Shown one piece after another: positions 9,586 to 19,499 of a DNA stretch of 64,000 bases. Origin of the DNA: Treponemataceae bacterium (GTDB lineage Bacteria; Spirochaetota; Spirochaetia; Treponematales; Rectinemataceae); NCBI GenBank assembly GCA_963667725.2, contig CAXXHO010000003.1, positions 256,001 to 320,000 on the forward strand. Reading direction: 5' to 3'. Within the stretch, counting starts at the first letter, position 1, and the number at the start of each line of letters is the position of its first letter. A model generated the notes under the pieces. It was not told the origin of the DNA. It searched no databases and saw only the letters and a list, made by a program, of their open reading frames with translations. The position numbers and the translations under genes are program-made.

Positions 9586-11139
9586 TCATAGAACGGTCGG
9601 TACCAGACCGAAAACATCCTCGAACAGATCGCCCTTGTCGGCTAGCGATAGTCTTTCGAGCGAGAAGTCGAGGTTTCGAGTCGAACGGATCAGGAATTTT
9701 TCGCTGCCCTTCTCGAAAGAAGCGTCGATCATTCTTCCTGAGTGATTCCTGTCCAGCGCGTCGGCCACGCGCAGTATGGCCGAAAGCTTCATCACGACGA
9801 TTCTGTCCTCCCTGGGAAGGGAAATGTAGTTCACATGGGTGGGGGCGGGAGGCGAACGCCGGTGATAGCGCACCACGTTGGATATGATATTGATGTCGCT
9901 CCGGTTGAGACCGAAGATTTCCGAGTTGGATACGATATATTCCCCGTGCTTGTTATGACCCGAGGCTCTTATGTAGGTTCCGATATCGTGCAGTATGGCC
10001 GCGGTTTCCAGGAGAAGTCTTTCGTGGTAGCCCAACCCGTGTTCTTTCGAGAGCGAATCGAAAATGGCGAGGCAGAGTACGCTCACGCTTCGGGCATGGG
10101 CTTCGTCGTAGCGGAAGCGTTTGCCGAGCGCGCGCGCCGAGGCCAGGACCTGCTGCTTCAGCTCTTCTTCCACGGCCGGGTCCAGGCCTCGCACTTCGGC
10201 GAGGAGTAGCCCCTCCCTGATGGACACGTTGGGGACAATCACCTGGCTGGCCCCCGTCCTGGCAAGGAAAAGCGACTCGATGGCGAGCCCCGAGGAGAGA
10301 CCTTCCGCCTCCGCCCAAGGCAGATGATACGTGGCTATGCATTCTTCGATGGAAAGTTTCGATATGGTTTCGGCGAAGGCGATAAAATCTTCCCTGCCCA
10401 ATATGGAATAGGCGCCGAGATTTTGCCCCGAGACGCAGTACGCCGCGAACCGCGCGTCAGAACCGATCACGATGAAGGAATTGATCGAATCAAGCGGCAT
10501 ATACTCGGCCATCAGGTCGCAGGCGGTACGGATATTGCCTTCCAGAAACTCCTGGAGGTAGTTTTTCGAGGCGCCCGCCTCGCGCATCTGCTCATCCAGC
10601 CTCAGGGTCCCGATATGGAGGCTGTGGCTGGACATCATCTTACCGTGCTTGAGGAGCATGATCTCCGTCGTGCCCCCGCCTACTTCCAGGATCATCGAGT
10701 TCGAACGGGACAGAATTTTCCTCTCGTCCTGGAGGGCCTGCTGGACGGCCAGGTACATAAGATGGTTTTCCTCGATATCCTCGACGATCCTTATCTTGAA
10801 ACCTGTCTGGAGGGCCACTCTGTCTATGAAGGTATCCCTGTTCGATGCCTCCCTGAGGGCGCTCGTCGCGATCACCTTGGTCTCGTCGGGGGAAATGCCG
10901 TAGCCGTGAAGAAGCTCGCGATATGACGCCAGGACCGCTATGCTTTCGCGGATGGCCTCCCTGCCGATATTGCCCTGCGTGAACACGTCGCGGCCTATCC
11001 TGCTGGGCTTGCCCGCCCTGTCGAGAACTTTGATGCCGCCGGTGGCCTCTATCGAGGCAATAAGCAAACGTATCCCCGTGGATCCAATTTCCATGGCGGC
11101 TACCGGATTCGCGGCGGGGACGGCTTTCGCTTCCTTCAC
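9586..11139 (-). CDS. ppx: Ppx/GppA family exopolyphosphatase with C-terminal HD domain
   Basis: EIGSTGIRL, ATSALREASN, EVGGGTTE, LHDIG, YHRRS, LRVADALD; AAGGAG SD before GTG 11139; directly upstream of ppk1. Confidence 0.9.
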   Translation of the reverse strand: MKEAKAVPAANPVAAMEIGSTGIRLLIASIEATGGIKVLDRAGKPSRIGRDVFTQGNIGREAIRESIAVLASYRELLHGYGISPDETKVIATSALREASNRDTFIDRVALQTGFKIRIVEDIEENHLMYLAVQQALQDERKILSRSNSMILEVGGGTTEIMLLKHGKMMSSHSLHIGTLRLDEQMREAGASKNYLQEFLEGNIRTACDLMAEYMPLDSINSFIVIGSDARFAAYCVSGQNLGAYSILGREDFIAFAETISKLSIEECIATYHLPWAEAEGLSSGLAIESLFLARTGASQVIVPNVSIREGLLLAEVRGLDPAVEEELKQQVLASARALGKRFRYDEAHARSVSVLCLAIFDSLSKEHGLGYHERLLLETAAILHDIGTYIRASGHNKHGEYIVSNSEIFGLNRSDINIISNVVRYHRRSPPAPTHVNYISLPREDRIVVMKLSAILRVADALDRNHSGRMIDASFEKGSEKFLIRSTRNLDFSLERLSLADKGDLFEDVFGLVPTVL

Positions 11140-11253
11140 GTGCCTAACTCCTTGGTTGGTCGATTCGGACATGATACCACATATACTTCAGTTTGTGACC
11201 GCGCCAACTGCGCCTTTACCAAAAAGAGCCTTGCGGTGTACACTTTCCTCCGC

Positions 11254-12681
11254 ATGAACACAGGCATAAAATTTCCATTTACGCGTACGGCGCGACGCCG
11301 GACGCTGGCATTGATCCTGGCCGCGATTCTTCTCGGCTTTTTCGCTTCCTGCTCGCCCCGCATCGGTTGGGGCGTCGTCCTGTGGACGGTCAAAGGCACG
11401 AGCGCCAAGGCTGGAACCATAGTTCCTGTCTACCTTAAGTCGAATATCACCAAAGTTTACGTAATAGGCGTCGAGGGAGACAAGGCGGAAAGGCTTGAAG
11501 TGCCCTTATGGCAAATCGATATGTTCGGATCGAGAAGCGCGGCTAAAAAACGCACGGCGCAGATGGCCGATCTCGCCTCCGTCTATATGATAGCCGCCAG
11601 GGACGGGCTTCCGGTGAGGGAATCGCCCTCCAATGCCAACACCGTCAAGCGTGTCTACAGGCTCAGGGAAAACGAAATGGTCAAGGCGCTCAAGCGCGTT
11701 GACGGCGAAGCCCTCTATACCGGTTCAACAAAATTGCCGGGGGACTGGTATGAAGTCCTCACCATGGATGGAACCAAGGGCTTTGTCTTCAGCTACACGA
11801 TGCGGATGTTCGACGAGAGTACGGGAGACGCCCCCGTGCCGCAAAAGCCGCAGACCGACGCCGAAGCCATCAATACCATTTTTTCACGGACATGGCGCCC
11901 CGCCTGGTACGCTTCGATGATGGAAGAAGGCATGGTGGATCTGGATCATTTTTCGCTCCGCTTCGGACTCTTCGGCGATGCCATCAACAAACAGATCCGC
12001 GTCGAGCTGCCCGCGAATTCCAAGGTGTTTCAATATAACAATATTTCCCAGGACAAGGACTGGCTCGTCTTCGAGCCTACCGACCTGAGGATTAAGCTTG
12101 ATAGCCCGACCAGTCTCCTCGCCGCCTGGGGGTCTGCCGTCGAGGGAGAACCGGAAGACACGGCGGGATGGCGGGCGGGCGACAGCTTTATCCGCTTTAT
12201 CGTCGTGGACAAGGATATCAGGGAGTCCATCCGCGCCGAGGAGGCCAGACGCTCCGAGGCCTTAGGGAATTTCTTTTCCGCTGTCGCCTCCATCGGCGGC
12301 GGAAAAGGTGACAGGGCGGGCATGCTGGAATTTTCCTCCCCGTCGGCAGGCACCCTCGAACTGTGGCCAAGCGGCCTCTACTCATGGAAGGATACGTTGT
12401 TCCTTCCCGCGAACTTCACGCCCGCGGCCGACGACAGCGCCGCGGAACAGAAGGGAACCGCCGTCTTCGGCTTGAGGCTTTCCAATGACCTCTCCGCGCA
12501 ATGGCAGGGCGGGTTCTCCCTCTATTCCGACGCGACGGGAAAAAGATCGGACTATGTCTACCGGCTGGAACCCACGGGACTCGTCCTGGCGAAGGCCATC
12601 GGCGCCGCCCCTGGACTTCCCCTGGGCGAAACGGAAAACAGGCTCGGAATGGCAACCTTCGGCTTCTCGGGCAAACAGTGA
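11254..12681 (+). CDS. Putative lipoprotein with an SH3b-like domain
   Basis: Basic N-terminus, hydrophobic stretch and lipobox FFASC; GLPVRESP..VYRL...WYEVLT.DGTKGFVF resembles bacterial SH3. Confidence 0.7.
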   Translation: MNTGIKFPFTRTARRRTLALILAAILLGFFASCSPRIGWGVVLWTVKGTSAKAGTIVPVYLKSNITKVYVIGVEGDKAERLEVPLWQIDMFGSRSAAKKRTAQMADLASVYMIAARDGLPVRESPSNANTVKRVYRLRENEMVKALKRVDGEALYTGSTKLPGDWYEVLTMDGTKGFVFSYTMRMFDESTGDAPVPQKPQTDAEAINTIFSRTWRPAWYASMMEEGMVDLDHFSLRFGLFGDAINKQIRVELPANSKVFQYNNISQDKDWLVFEPTDLRIKLDSPTSLLAAWGSAVEGEPEDTAGWRAGDSFIRFIVVDKDIRESIRAEEARRSEALGNFFSAVASIGGGKGDRAGMLEFSSPSAGTLELWPSGLYSWKDTLFLPANFTPAADDSAAEQKGTAVFGLRLSNDLSAQWQGGFSLYSDATGKRSDYVYRLEPTGLVLAKAIGAAPGLPLGETENRLGMATFGFSGKQ

Positions 12682-12697
12682 ATCACGGCAGGATACA

Positions 12698-14677
12698 ATG
12701 GCTTTCGTACAACTAAGCAATGTCAGCGTGGCTTTCGGGGCGCGCGATCTCATAAAATCGGCGACGCTCACCCTAATGGAAGGCTCCAGGGCCGCCCTGG
12801 CCGGGCCGAACGGGGCGGGCAAATCCACGCTCATGAAGATCGCTGTTGGCCAGTTCAAACCCGATACGGGCGACATAGCCATAACCAAAGGCGCGAGGAT
12901 CAGTTACCTGCCCCAGACCAACGTCACGCTCGGCCGCGGCAGCGTGCTCGAAGAAGCAGAATTGGCTTTCTCCCACATAGCCGAGATGATGAAACGGCAG
13001 GAGGAGCTCGGTCGGCAGCTCCAGGCCAAGGATCTCGACGAAAGACTGACGAGTCGACTCCTTGAAGAGTTCGACGATATAGGACGGGCGGTCGAATCCA
13101 GCGGTTATTTCCGACGGGCCGAGCGCATCGCCGAAGTTCTCCGCGGCCTAGGCTTCGCCGACAAGGATTTCGGGAAGATGACGACGGAGCTTTCGGGCGG
13201 CTGGCAGATGCGCCTCGCCCTCTCCAAGGTGCTTCTCGAGGACCCCGACATAATGCTTCTCGACGAGCCGACGAACTACCTGGATCTCGAAGCCCGCACC
13301 TGGCTTGAAGGTTTCCTGCGCGGCTACAGGGGCGGCGTCCTCCTCGTCTCGCACGACCGCTATTTCCTCGATGTGACCGTCAACGAGGTCTATGAGCTTT
13401 TCAACGGCAAGCTAAGCCGGTATCCGGGTACTTTCTCTGGCTACGAAGACCGACGCGCCAAGGAGCTCGACGCCATTTTCGAGCAATGGGAACGCCAGCA
13501 GGAAGAAATACAGAAGCTGGAAGATTTCATCCGCCGGTTCCGGTACAAGGCGACCAAGGCCACTCAGGTGCAGAGCCGCATCAAGGTGCTGGAGAAGATC
13601 GTCCCCATCGAGATTCCCGAGGGCATGAAACATATCCATTTCAAGTTCCCGCAGGCGCCTCATTCGGGCAAGATCGCCGTGCGGCTTGAGAACATCGGCA
13701 AGTCCTACGGAGCGCTGCGCGTCATAGACAATTTTTCCCTGGAGATAGAGCGGGGAAGGAAGATGGCTTTCGTGGGTCCGAACGGAGCGGGCAAATCGAC
13801 GCTCATGAGGCTTCTGGCCGGCACCGACAAGGATTTCGAAGGGAGCATCACTCTAGGCTCAGGCATAGAGATAGGCTATTTCGCCCAGGATTCAGCCGAG
13901 AAAATGTCCTCGAACCGCACGGTCGAGGAAGAAGCCGAGACGGTCTGCCCCAACGAGCTCAATCCCAAACTGAGGAATATGTTGGGAGCCTTTCTGTTTC
14001 GCGGCGACGATGTGGAAAAGTCGGTGTCGGTGCTTTCGGGCGGCGAGCGTTCGCGCCTCGCGCTTCTGAAGATGCTGCTCCATCCGGCCAATCTCCTCAT
14101 TCTCGACGAGCCGACCAATCACCTGGACCTCACGTCCAAGGATGTCCTTCTCGAGGCGCTGAGGTCTTTCGAGGGCACCGTGCTCTTCGTCTCGCACGAT
14201 CGCGGTTTCATAGCCGATCTCGCCGACATGGTGCTCGAACTCGAGGCGGGCACCACGCCGCGCCTTTACTACGGCGATTACGCCTACTACATCGAGAAGA
14301 AAGCGGCCCTGGCAGCGGCCGCCGCCGGCGCCGCCCAGGACCCTTACGGCCCCTCCAAAAACGCGGCGGCCGCCGTCGTCGCCGCGGCTCCGGCCCCAGC
14401 CGTCTCGGCCCAAGAGGCGCCCTCCTGGGAAGAAGAGAAGAGCAGAAAAGCGCGCTACCGCAAGCTGATGAAGAGGGAAGAGGAGCTCCTGGCAAGGCTT
14501 GAGACCGTTTCGGAGGAAAAAAAGAAGCTCGAGAACGCCATGGCCCAGCCCGCCAATTATTCGGACGGCGCCAAGGTAAAAAAAATCCTCGCTTCCATCG
14601 CCGATTTCGAAACCGAAGCTTCGGCGCTGAACGAGGAATGGATCGAAATCGCCGACGAACTGTCGGCCTTCGAATGA
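12698..14677 (+). CDS. ABC-F family ATP-binding protein (ribosome-associated, YheS/Uup-like) with a C-terminal coiled coil
   Basis: Two GPNGAGKST Walker A motifs, LSGGW/LSGGE, DEPTNYLD/DEPTNHLD, VSHDR twice; no TM segments. Confidence 0.92.
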   Translation: MAFVQLSNVSVAFGARDLIKSATLTLMEGSRAALAGPNGAGKSTLMKIAVGQFKPDTGDIAITKGARISYLPQTNVTLGRGSVLEEAELAFSHIAEMMKRQEELGRQLQAKDLDERLTSRLLEEFDDIGRAVESSGYFRRAERIAEVLRGLGFADKDFGKMTTELSGGWQMRLALSKVLLEDPDIMLLDEPTNYLDLEARTWLEGFLRGYRGGVLLVSHDRYFLDVTVNEVYELFNGKLSRYPGTFSGYEDRRAKELDAIFEQWERQQEEIQKLEDFIRRFRYKATKATQVQSRIKVLEKIVPIEIPEGMKHIHFKFPQAPHSGKIAVRLENIGKSYGALRVIDNFSLEIERGRKMAFVGPNGAGKSTLMRLLAGTDKDFEGSITLGSGIEIGYFAQDSAEKMSSNRTVEEEAETVCPNELNPKLRNMLGAFLFRGDDVEKSVSVLSGGERSRLALLKMLLHPANLLILDEPTNHLDLTSKDVLLEALRSFEGTVLFVSHDRGFIADLADMVLELEAGTTPRLYYGDYAYYIEKKAALAAAAAGAAQDPYGPSKNAAAAVVAAAPAPAVSAQEAPSWEEEKSRKARYRKLMKREEELLARLETVSEEKKKLENAMAQPANYSDGAKVKKILASIADFETEASALNEEWIEIADELSAFE

Positions 14678-14681
14678 GCCG

Positions 14682-15173
14682 CTATTTCGCCGGCGTCGGC
14701 GCCGCAGCCACTGTAGTAGCCGTTGTAGGCGTAGTTACCGTAGTCTTTTCGGCAGGCAGCTTGGCCATCACCTTTTCGGCGAGGATTTTCCAGGTCTGAG
14801 GCAGTGAAAGACCCTCAGGGGTCGCGTATTTGTCCAAGACAGCCGTGAGTCCTACCCTGGCAGCCTCATGATGACCCTGCTTGTACTCGATAAACGCCAG
14901 TTCGTACATGGCGGAAACGACGAGAGCCTGGTCGTCGTGGAACTTTTCGAGCAGGGCTTTATAGTAATACTGGGCGCCCTTCCAATCGTAGATATCGGAG
15001 CGTTCCTGCGCCTTCTGGATGATCTCGGCCGAGCTGATGTCGGCGGGGATAGGGGGAAGCTTCGTGGCGCAGGATAAAGACAGAAGCGCCGCGAGCAGCA
15101 CAATCGCCGCCGTGGCGGCCATCGCGCGGAAATCTTTCGCGCCGCGCTGATATACTTTGAATTTGCTTTGCAT
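14682..15173 (-). CDS. Small lipoprotein with a TPR-like helical pair and a Thr/Ala/Pro-rich tail
   Basis: Lipobox LSLSC; AQYYYKALL..F, AMYELAFIEYKQG; AAGGGGAG SD. Confidence 0.75.
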   Translation of the reverse strand: MQSKFKVYQRGAKDFRAMAATAAIVLLAALLSLSCATKLPPIPADISSAEIIQKAQERSDIYDWKGAQYYYKALLEKFHDDQALVVSAMYELAFIEYKQGHHEAARVGLTAVLDKYATPEGLSLPQTWKILAEKVMAKLPAEKTTVTTPTTATTVAAAPTPAK

Positions 15174-15263
15174 AGGCTCCCCTTAGGCATTTCGATTATG
15201 CTATACTTCCGCGACCAGGGTCAATCATAGACGCTTATCCTCCGACCACTGTGGAAGGTTACA

Positions 15264-15962
15264 ATGTTAGCTGCCGTCATCAATGCCCTTGCCGTCGTAA
15301 TAGGCTCGATTATCGGACTCATTCTGCGCAAAGGCATCAAGGAACGTTATCAGCAGATCATCTTCGCCGCCTCCGGCGTCACGTCCCTCACCATCGGCAT
15401 CCAGATGGTGCTCAAGACTAATCATCTTCTCGCATTCGCCATCGCCCTTATCCTGGGCGGCCTCATCGGCACATGGCTCAATATCGAAGGCGCCATAATG
15501 AGTTTTGGCGAGCGGCTCAAGAAGCGTTTCGACAAAAAATCCGAAGGCTCCACCTTCGCCCTGGGCTTTCTCAACGCGTCCATTCTTTATTGCGCGGGCG
15601 CGATGGCCATAATCGGATCATTCAAGGCCGGCACCGAGGGCGACTATTCAATCATTCTAACAAAGAGCGTGCTGGATGGTTTCATGTCGATCATCTTCGC
15701 CGGCGCGATGGGACCCGGCGTCGCCTTTTCAGCCCTGTCCATCCTCGTCTATCAGGGACTTCTCACCATCGTTTCGGTGTGGGTAAAGCCCTTCGTCACG
15801 GAGATAATGCTCGCCGAAATCACCGGCATCGGTGGAGCCCTCGTCCTTATGATAGGCCTCGGCCTTCTCGACATAAAGAAACTCAAGACGGGGGACTTTC
15901 TCCCCGCCCTCGTCGTCACCGTTCTTCTCGTCCTTGCCTTTCCCTATGTCCCCTTCTTATAA
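15264..15962 (+). CDS. DUF554 family membrane protein
   Basis: INALAVVIGS.IG, ASILYC.GAMAIIGS, ILTKSVLDG. Confidence 0.88.
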   Translation: MLAAVINALAVVIGSIIGLILRKGIKERYQQIIFAASGVTSLTIGIQMVLKTNHLLAFAIALILGGLIGTWLNIEGAIMSFGERLKKRFDKKSEGSTFALGFLNASILYCAGAMAIIGSFKAGTEGDYSIILTKSVLDGFMSIIFAGAMGPGVAFSALSILVYQGLLTIVSVWVKPFVTEIMLAEITGIGGALVLMIGLGLLDIKKLKTGDFLPALVVTVLLVLAFPYVPFL

Positions 15963-15968
15963 TTGAGC

Positions 15969-17309
15969 ATGGTTATCGACAAGAGCCAGCGCTTCATCCA
16001 CACGAAGCAGGTCGATGAGTCGGGGGCATGGTATAGCCTCGACAACGCCGGCATCATAATGCCCGCCGTCACCGACGCGATATCCTCTGGTCTTTTCAGG
16101 ATAGAAGTCACGCTTGCCGAACCCGTCGACGAGATCATCCTCAATCGCGCCCTGGCCGATACTTCCAACCGCTTCCCTTATTTCAATGTCGTCCTGAAAC
16201 GCGGTTTTTTCTGGTATTATTTCGATCAGTGCCAGACAAGCCCCCAGGCATGCGAAGACGAGTCGAGCCCCTGCCAGCACTGCGATACCAACCGTCAGGG
16301 CACGCGCATGTTCCGCGTCCGGAGCACAGGCCACCGCATAGCGGCGGAATTTTCCCACAGTCTCACGGATGGCTCCGGCGGCATGTCGTTCATGAAGACG
16401 CTTCTCGCCAGATATTTCGCCCTTTTGGGCATTGAGCCGGGCGCGACCATAGGCGAAGGCGACTATGCCGATATTCTCTCGGTGGACGATCAGCCGGACC
16501 GCGAGGAATACGAGGACGGCTACCAGAAATACTTTCCGGGCAAACTGCCTCTGCCCGAGCCCAATCCGCATGCCTGGCATCTCCGCGAGCCTCGCCTGCC
16601 CGAGGGAAGGTACAGAATCCTCACAGGCCGTCTCAAGCTGGACGAAGTCCTGGCCGAAGCGAAAAGACGGAACGTGACGATCACGGAGCTGTTGGGCGCC
16701 GTCTATCTGGATGCCCTTCAGAGTCTCTGGTTTTCCAAACCCCGAAAGCCGCGAAAACACTTCATAAGCGTGGAAATTCCCGTCAACCTCAGGAATTTCT
16801 TCAAGACGAAGACGAACAGGAACTTTTCCCTTTTCATCCTGCTGAGGGAGAATATGCAGCTGGGCACTCGCGGCTTCGATGAACTGGTCAAAAGGGCGCA
16901 CTACCAGATGAGGCTCGAAAACGATCCCCGCTCCCTGGCTCGGCAGATTTCCCGCAACGCCGGCGGCACGCGTAACTTTTTCGTCAGGATTACGCCCCTC
17001 TTCGTCAAGAATGTCGCGGCGCGCATACTTTTCGCCAAACTGGGCGAAAACATGCTGAGCGGCTTCATATCGAATCTTGGAGCTCAGCGTATGCCTCCGG
17101 GCCTGCTGCCGCATATTGATAGTTTCACGTTCATCCCCGCTCCGAGCAAGACCACGCTGACCAACGCGTCGGTCATCTCCTGGAAGGATGAGCTTATCGT
17201 GACATTTGGAAGCCTGGCGCATTCGCGCGAGCTGGAGAAGCTCTTTTTTCGGCGCCTGCGCGGCTTAGGTCTCGCGGTGAGCGTGCGCTGCCGCGATGAC
17301 GAGGAGTAA
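15969..17309 (+). CDS. CoA-dependent acyltransferase (alcohol acetyltransferase/condensation-domain-like)
   Basis: WYSLDNAG, RGFFWYY, HxxxDG motif (HSLTDG), IPVNLRNFF.TKTNRNFSL, SNLG. Confidence 0.8.
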   Translation: MVIDKSQRFIHTKQVDESGAWYSLDNAGIIMPAVTDAISSGLFRIEVTLAEPVDEIILNRALADTSNRFPYFNVVLKRGFFWYYFDQCQTSPQACEDESSPCQHCDTNRQGTRMFRVRSTGHRIAAEFSHSLTDGSGGMSFMKTLLARYFALLGIEPGATIGEGDYADILSVDDQPDREEYEDGYQKYFPGKLPLPEPNPHAWHLREPRLPEGRYRILTGRLKLDEVLAEAKRRNVTITELLGAVYLDALQSLWFSKPRKPRKHFISVEIPVNLRNFFKTKTNRNFSLFILLRENMQLGTRGFDELVKRAHYQMRLENDPRSLARQISRNAGGTRNFFVRITPLFVKNVAARILFAKLGENMLSGFISNLGAQRMPPGLLPHIDSFTFIPAPSKTTLTNASVISWKDELIVTFGSLAHSRELEKLFFRRLRGLGLAVSVRCRDDEE

Positions 17310-17312
17310 ACC

Positions 17313-18044
17313 ATGCCCTATTGCCCTGATTGCGGCGTTGAAATCGGAAACGCGGCGGTCTGCCCGCTCTGCGGCGCCAGGAATCCGAAGATTGACGCCA
17401 GCCATGAACCCGAATGCGGCGATAAGACCGACGCTCGCCATTCCGACTTTTTCGGCGAGGCCGGCGCCGCTGAGGCTCTCACCCCCAAGGAAAAGCGCAA
17501 GATTTCCTGGGAAGTCGTCACGGTGGCCTTTGTCATCGCCAGCCTCGTAATCACGGCGATCAACATTCTCATCGTCGGCAGACTTTCCTGGTCTCTCTAT
17601 CCCGTATCTTCCTTCCTGTTCATCTGGACGATGGCGACTGCCTTCCTCGTTCTGGACAACCGCCCTCGGCTTCGCTATACCCTTGCCGCCCTGGACGCGC
17701 CGCTTTTCCTTCTGGCTTTGGGAGTTTTCACCAGCGATATATCCTGGGCCTGGAAGCTGGCCGTGCCCATCGCACTTTTTACCGAACTTGTGGCCTTTAG
17801 CGTCGTGCTCCAGATAAGGAACGCGAAGCGAAAAGGCCTCAACGTTTTCGCTTTTCTCCTGATTGGGGCCGCCATCGGCTGTGTGGGAATCGAAATCTTC
17901 GTCGATCTCTTCGTTTTGGGAAAGATCCGGATGGGCTGGTCGGCTATAACCGCCATCGCCCTCATCCCCATCGCGGTCTTCTTTCTCTACCTGCATTACC
18001 GCGTGGCCAAGACTACAAACCTTCACCGGCTCTTCAAGCTTTAG
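17313..18044 (+). CDS. Zinc-ribbon membrane protein (DUF6320-like)
   Basis: N-terminal CPDC..CPLC followed by about 6 TM helices. Confidence 0.7.
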   Translation: MPYCPDCGVEIGNAAVCPLCGARNPKIDASHEPECGDKTDARHSDFFGEAGAAEALTPKEKRKISWEVVTVAFVIASLVITAINILIVGRLSWSLYPVSSFLFIWTMATAFLVLDNRPRLRYTLAALDAPLFLLALGVFTSDISWAWKLAVPIALFTELVAFSVVLQIRNAKRKGLNVFAFLLIGAAIGCVGIEIFVDLFVLGKIRMGWSAITAIALIPIAVFFLYLHYRVAKTTNLHRLFKL

Positions 18045-18119
18045 CGGATCGAGCCGCTCGCCGAAGCGCCCGTTTTTCGGTTATTTCCCGCCTTTCCTCG
18101 CTTGGGTTTTCACTGTCTA

Positions 18120-18148
18120 TTGACATTTTCTGCAGTTTTCTGTAAAGT
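18120..18148 (+). promoter_or_regulatory. sigma70-type promoter of the tRNA
   Basis: TTGACA-N17-TAAAGT, 13 nt before the tRNA. Confidence 0.65.
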
Positions 18149-18161
18149 ATTGTCAACACGA

Positions 18162-18233
<72 letters not shown>

Positions 18234-18234
<1 letters not shown>

Positions 18235-18272
18235 AAAAAGAGGCTTTCTTCGGAAAGCCTCTTTTCTTTTTT
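18234..18272. terminator. Bidirectional intrinsic terminator
   Basis: AAAAGAGGCTTTC-TTCG-GAAAGCCTCTTTT with a C(UUCG)G loop and A/T tracts on both sides, between convergent genes. Confidence 0.88.
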
Positions 18273-18304
18273 CTCCATACAATCGAAAAACTTCCGCCAC
18301 ATTT

Positions 18305-18820
18305 TTAGAACTTGAAGATCAAACCTATGCTCCCGAAGCCGCTGCCCCCGGCGTTTACGTTGAAAAACCGAGCGTAGATGACTGAAGAATAGATCGCGAG
18401 ATTGGGATAGAGGAAATAGGATATCCCTCCGCCGTTGCCAATCCCGATGTTGAAGGCGGGGTCGAAGCCGAATCCCAGACCCAAGCCATAGTAAAAGTCG
18501 AATTTCTTGAGCCAGTAGGGAAGGTCGGCGATGAACCCGAGCCCGAAGTGGGCGGTGGCGAGACCGACGAGCGTGAAGTTGGTTCCGTAGATGAAACCAA
18601 CGCCGCCCCTGGCCGCGAGGCCGAAGGTGATCGGGACGGAATCCGCGAGGTCGACACGCGCGAACATGTATTCGACGCTTCCACCGATGCCGTAGTCCCA
18701 CCCAAAGTTGAAGCCGACGGCGACCGCCACGTCGCCTTTGTCCAAATTGACGGGAATTTGGGCATATGCCGCGCCGCCGACCAGAATCGCGAGCACGAGA
18801 ACAATGATCATTTTTTTCAT
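18305..18820 (-). CDS. Putative small outer-membrane beta-barrel protein
   Basis: Signal peptide ending AYA; Gly/aromatic-rich alternating strands; C-terminal ..GLIFKF; AAGGAGG SD. Confidence 0.7.
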   Translation of the reverse strand: MKKMIIVLVLAILVGGAAYAQIPVNLDKGDVAVAVGFNFGWDYGIGGSVEYMFARVDLADSVPITFGLAARGGVGFIYGTNFTLVGLATAHFGLGFIADLPYWLKKFDFYYGLGLGFGFDPAFNIGIGNGGGISYFLYPNLAIYSSVIYARFFNVNAGGSGFGSIGLIFKF

Positions 18821-18970
18821 TATCGCCTCCTTAGCGGAATTCTCTATACAGTATTGAAAATACGGCTAAAGCGCGGGATTATCTGTTCGGCAGCGCACAT
18901 ACGCGATGCGCGGAAATTGGCTGGCTATATATTCGCATCGGCATTAAAATTTCGTCATTAGGAGCCAGAC

Positions 18971-19492
18971 ATGAAAGATTGCCTTATCGCCATGGCTAAA
19001 TACAACAGACAGGCCAATCGGGCCATGTGCGGGATCATGAAGAGCGCGGACAAGGAAAAGATCGCGATAGACTGCGGGACTTTTTACCATACGGCGATCG
19101 CCGGGCTGGGGCATATCGCGTCGGCCGAGGCTATTTGGCTCAAGCGCTTCGCCTCTTTCGGCGCTTACGCATCGCTGGAGAAAAGTAAGACGATCGCTCC
19201 AGAAATGGACGCCATAAGAGCCAGGCTTGGCGTCAATGTCGATGATTCATCAGCGCTGTTGGATGAGCTGGATGCTTTGCTCATCGATTATATCGAAGAA
19301 CTGGGCGACGAAGAGCTGATGAAGACGGTCCGATACAAAAACATGAAAGGCGATATTTTCGAAAAGCCGAATTATCAGACTATTCTCCATGTCCTGACCC
19401 ACGGCATTCACCATCGCGGAGAGGTTTCGGCCATGCTCGATATCCAGGGCATCAAGAACGACTATTCCGGTTTTATCGCCTATACATACTGA
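18971..19492 (+). CDS. DinB/YfiT family metal-binding protein
   Basis: YNRQAN, GHIASAEAIWL, HGIHHRGE; AGGAG SD. Confidence 0.85.
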   Translation: MKDCLIAMAKYNRQANRAMCGIMKSADKEKIAIDCGTFYHTAIAGLGHIASAEAIWLKRFASFGAYASLEKSKTIAPEMDAIRARLGVNVDDSSALLDELDALLIDYIEELGDEELMKTVRYKNMKGDIFEKPNYQTILHVLTHGIHHRGEVSAMLDIQGIKNDYSGFIAYTY

Positions 19493-19499
19493 TCTTCGG

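Noticed and set aside
12698..14677. Antibiotic-resistance ABC-F
   Set aside because: The architecture fits housekeeping YheS/Uup-like proteins, and there is no leader peptide or mobile context
14300..14750. Ala-rich and Thr-rich low-complexity stretches in the ABC-F linker and the lipoprotein tail
   Set aside because: Ordinary flexible linkers with no regular DNA repeat unit
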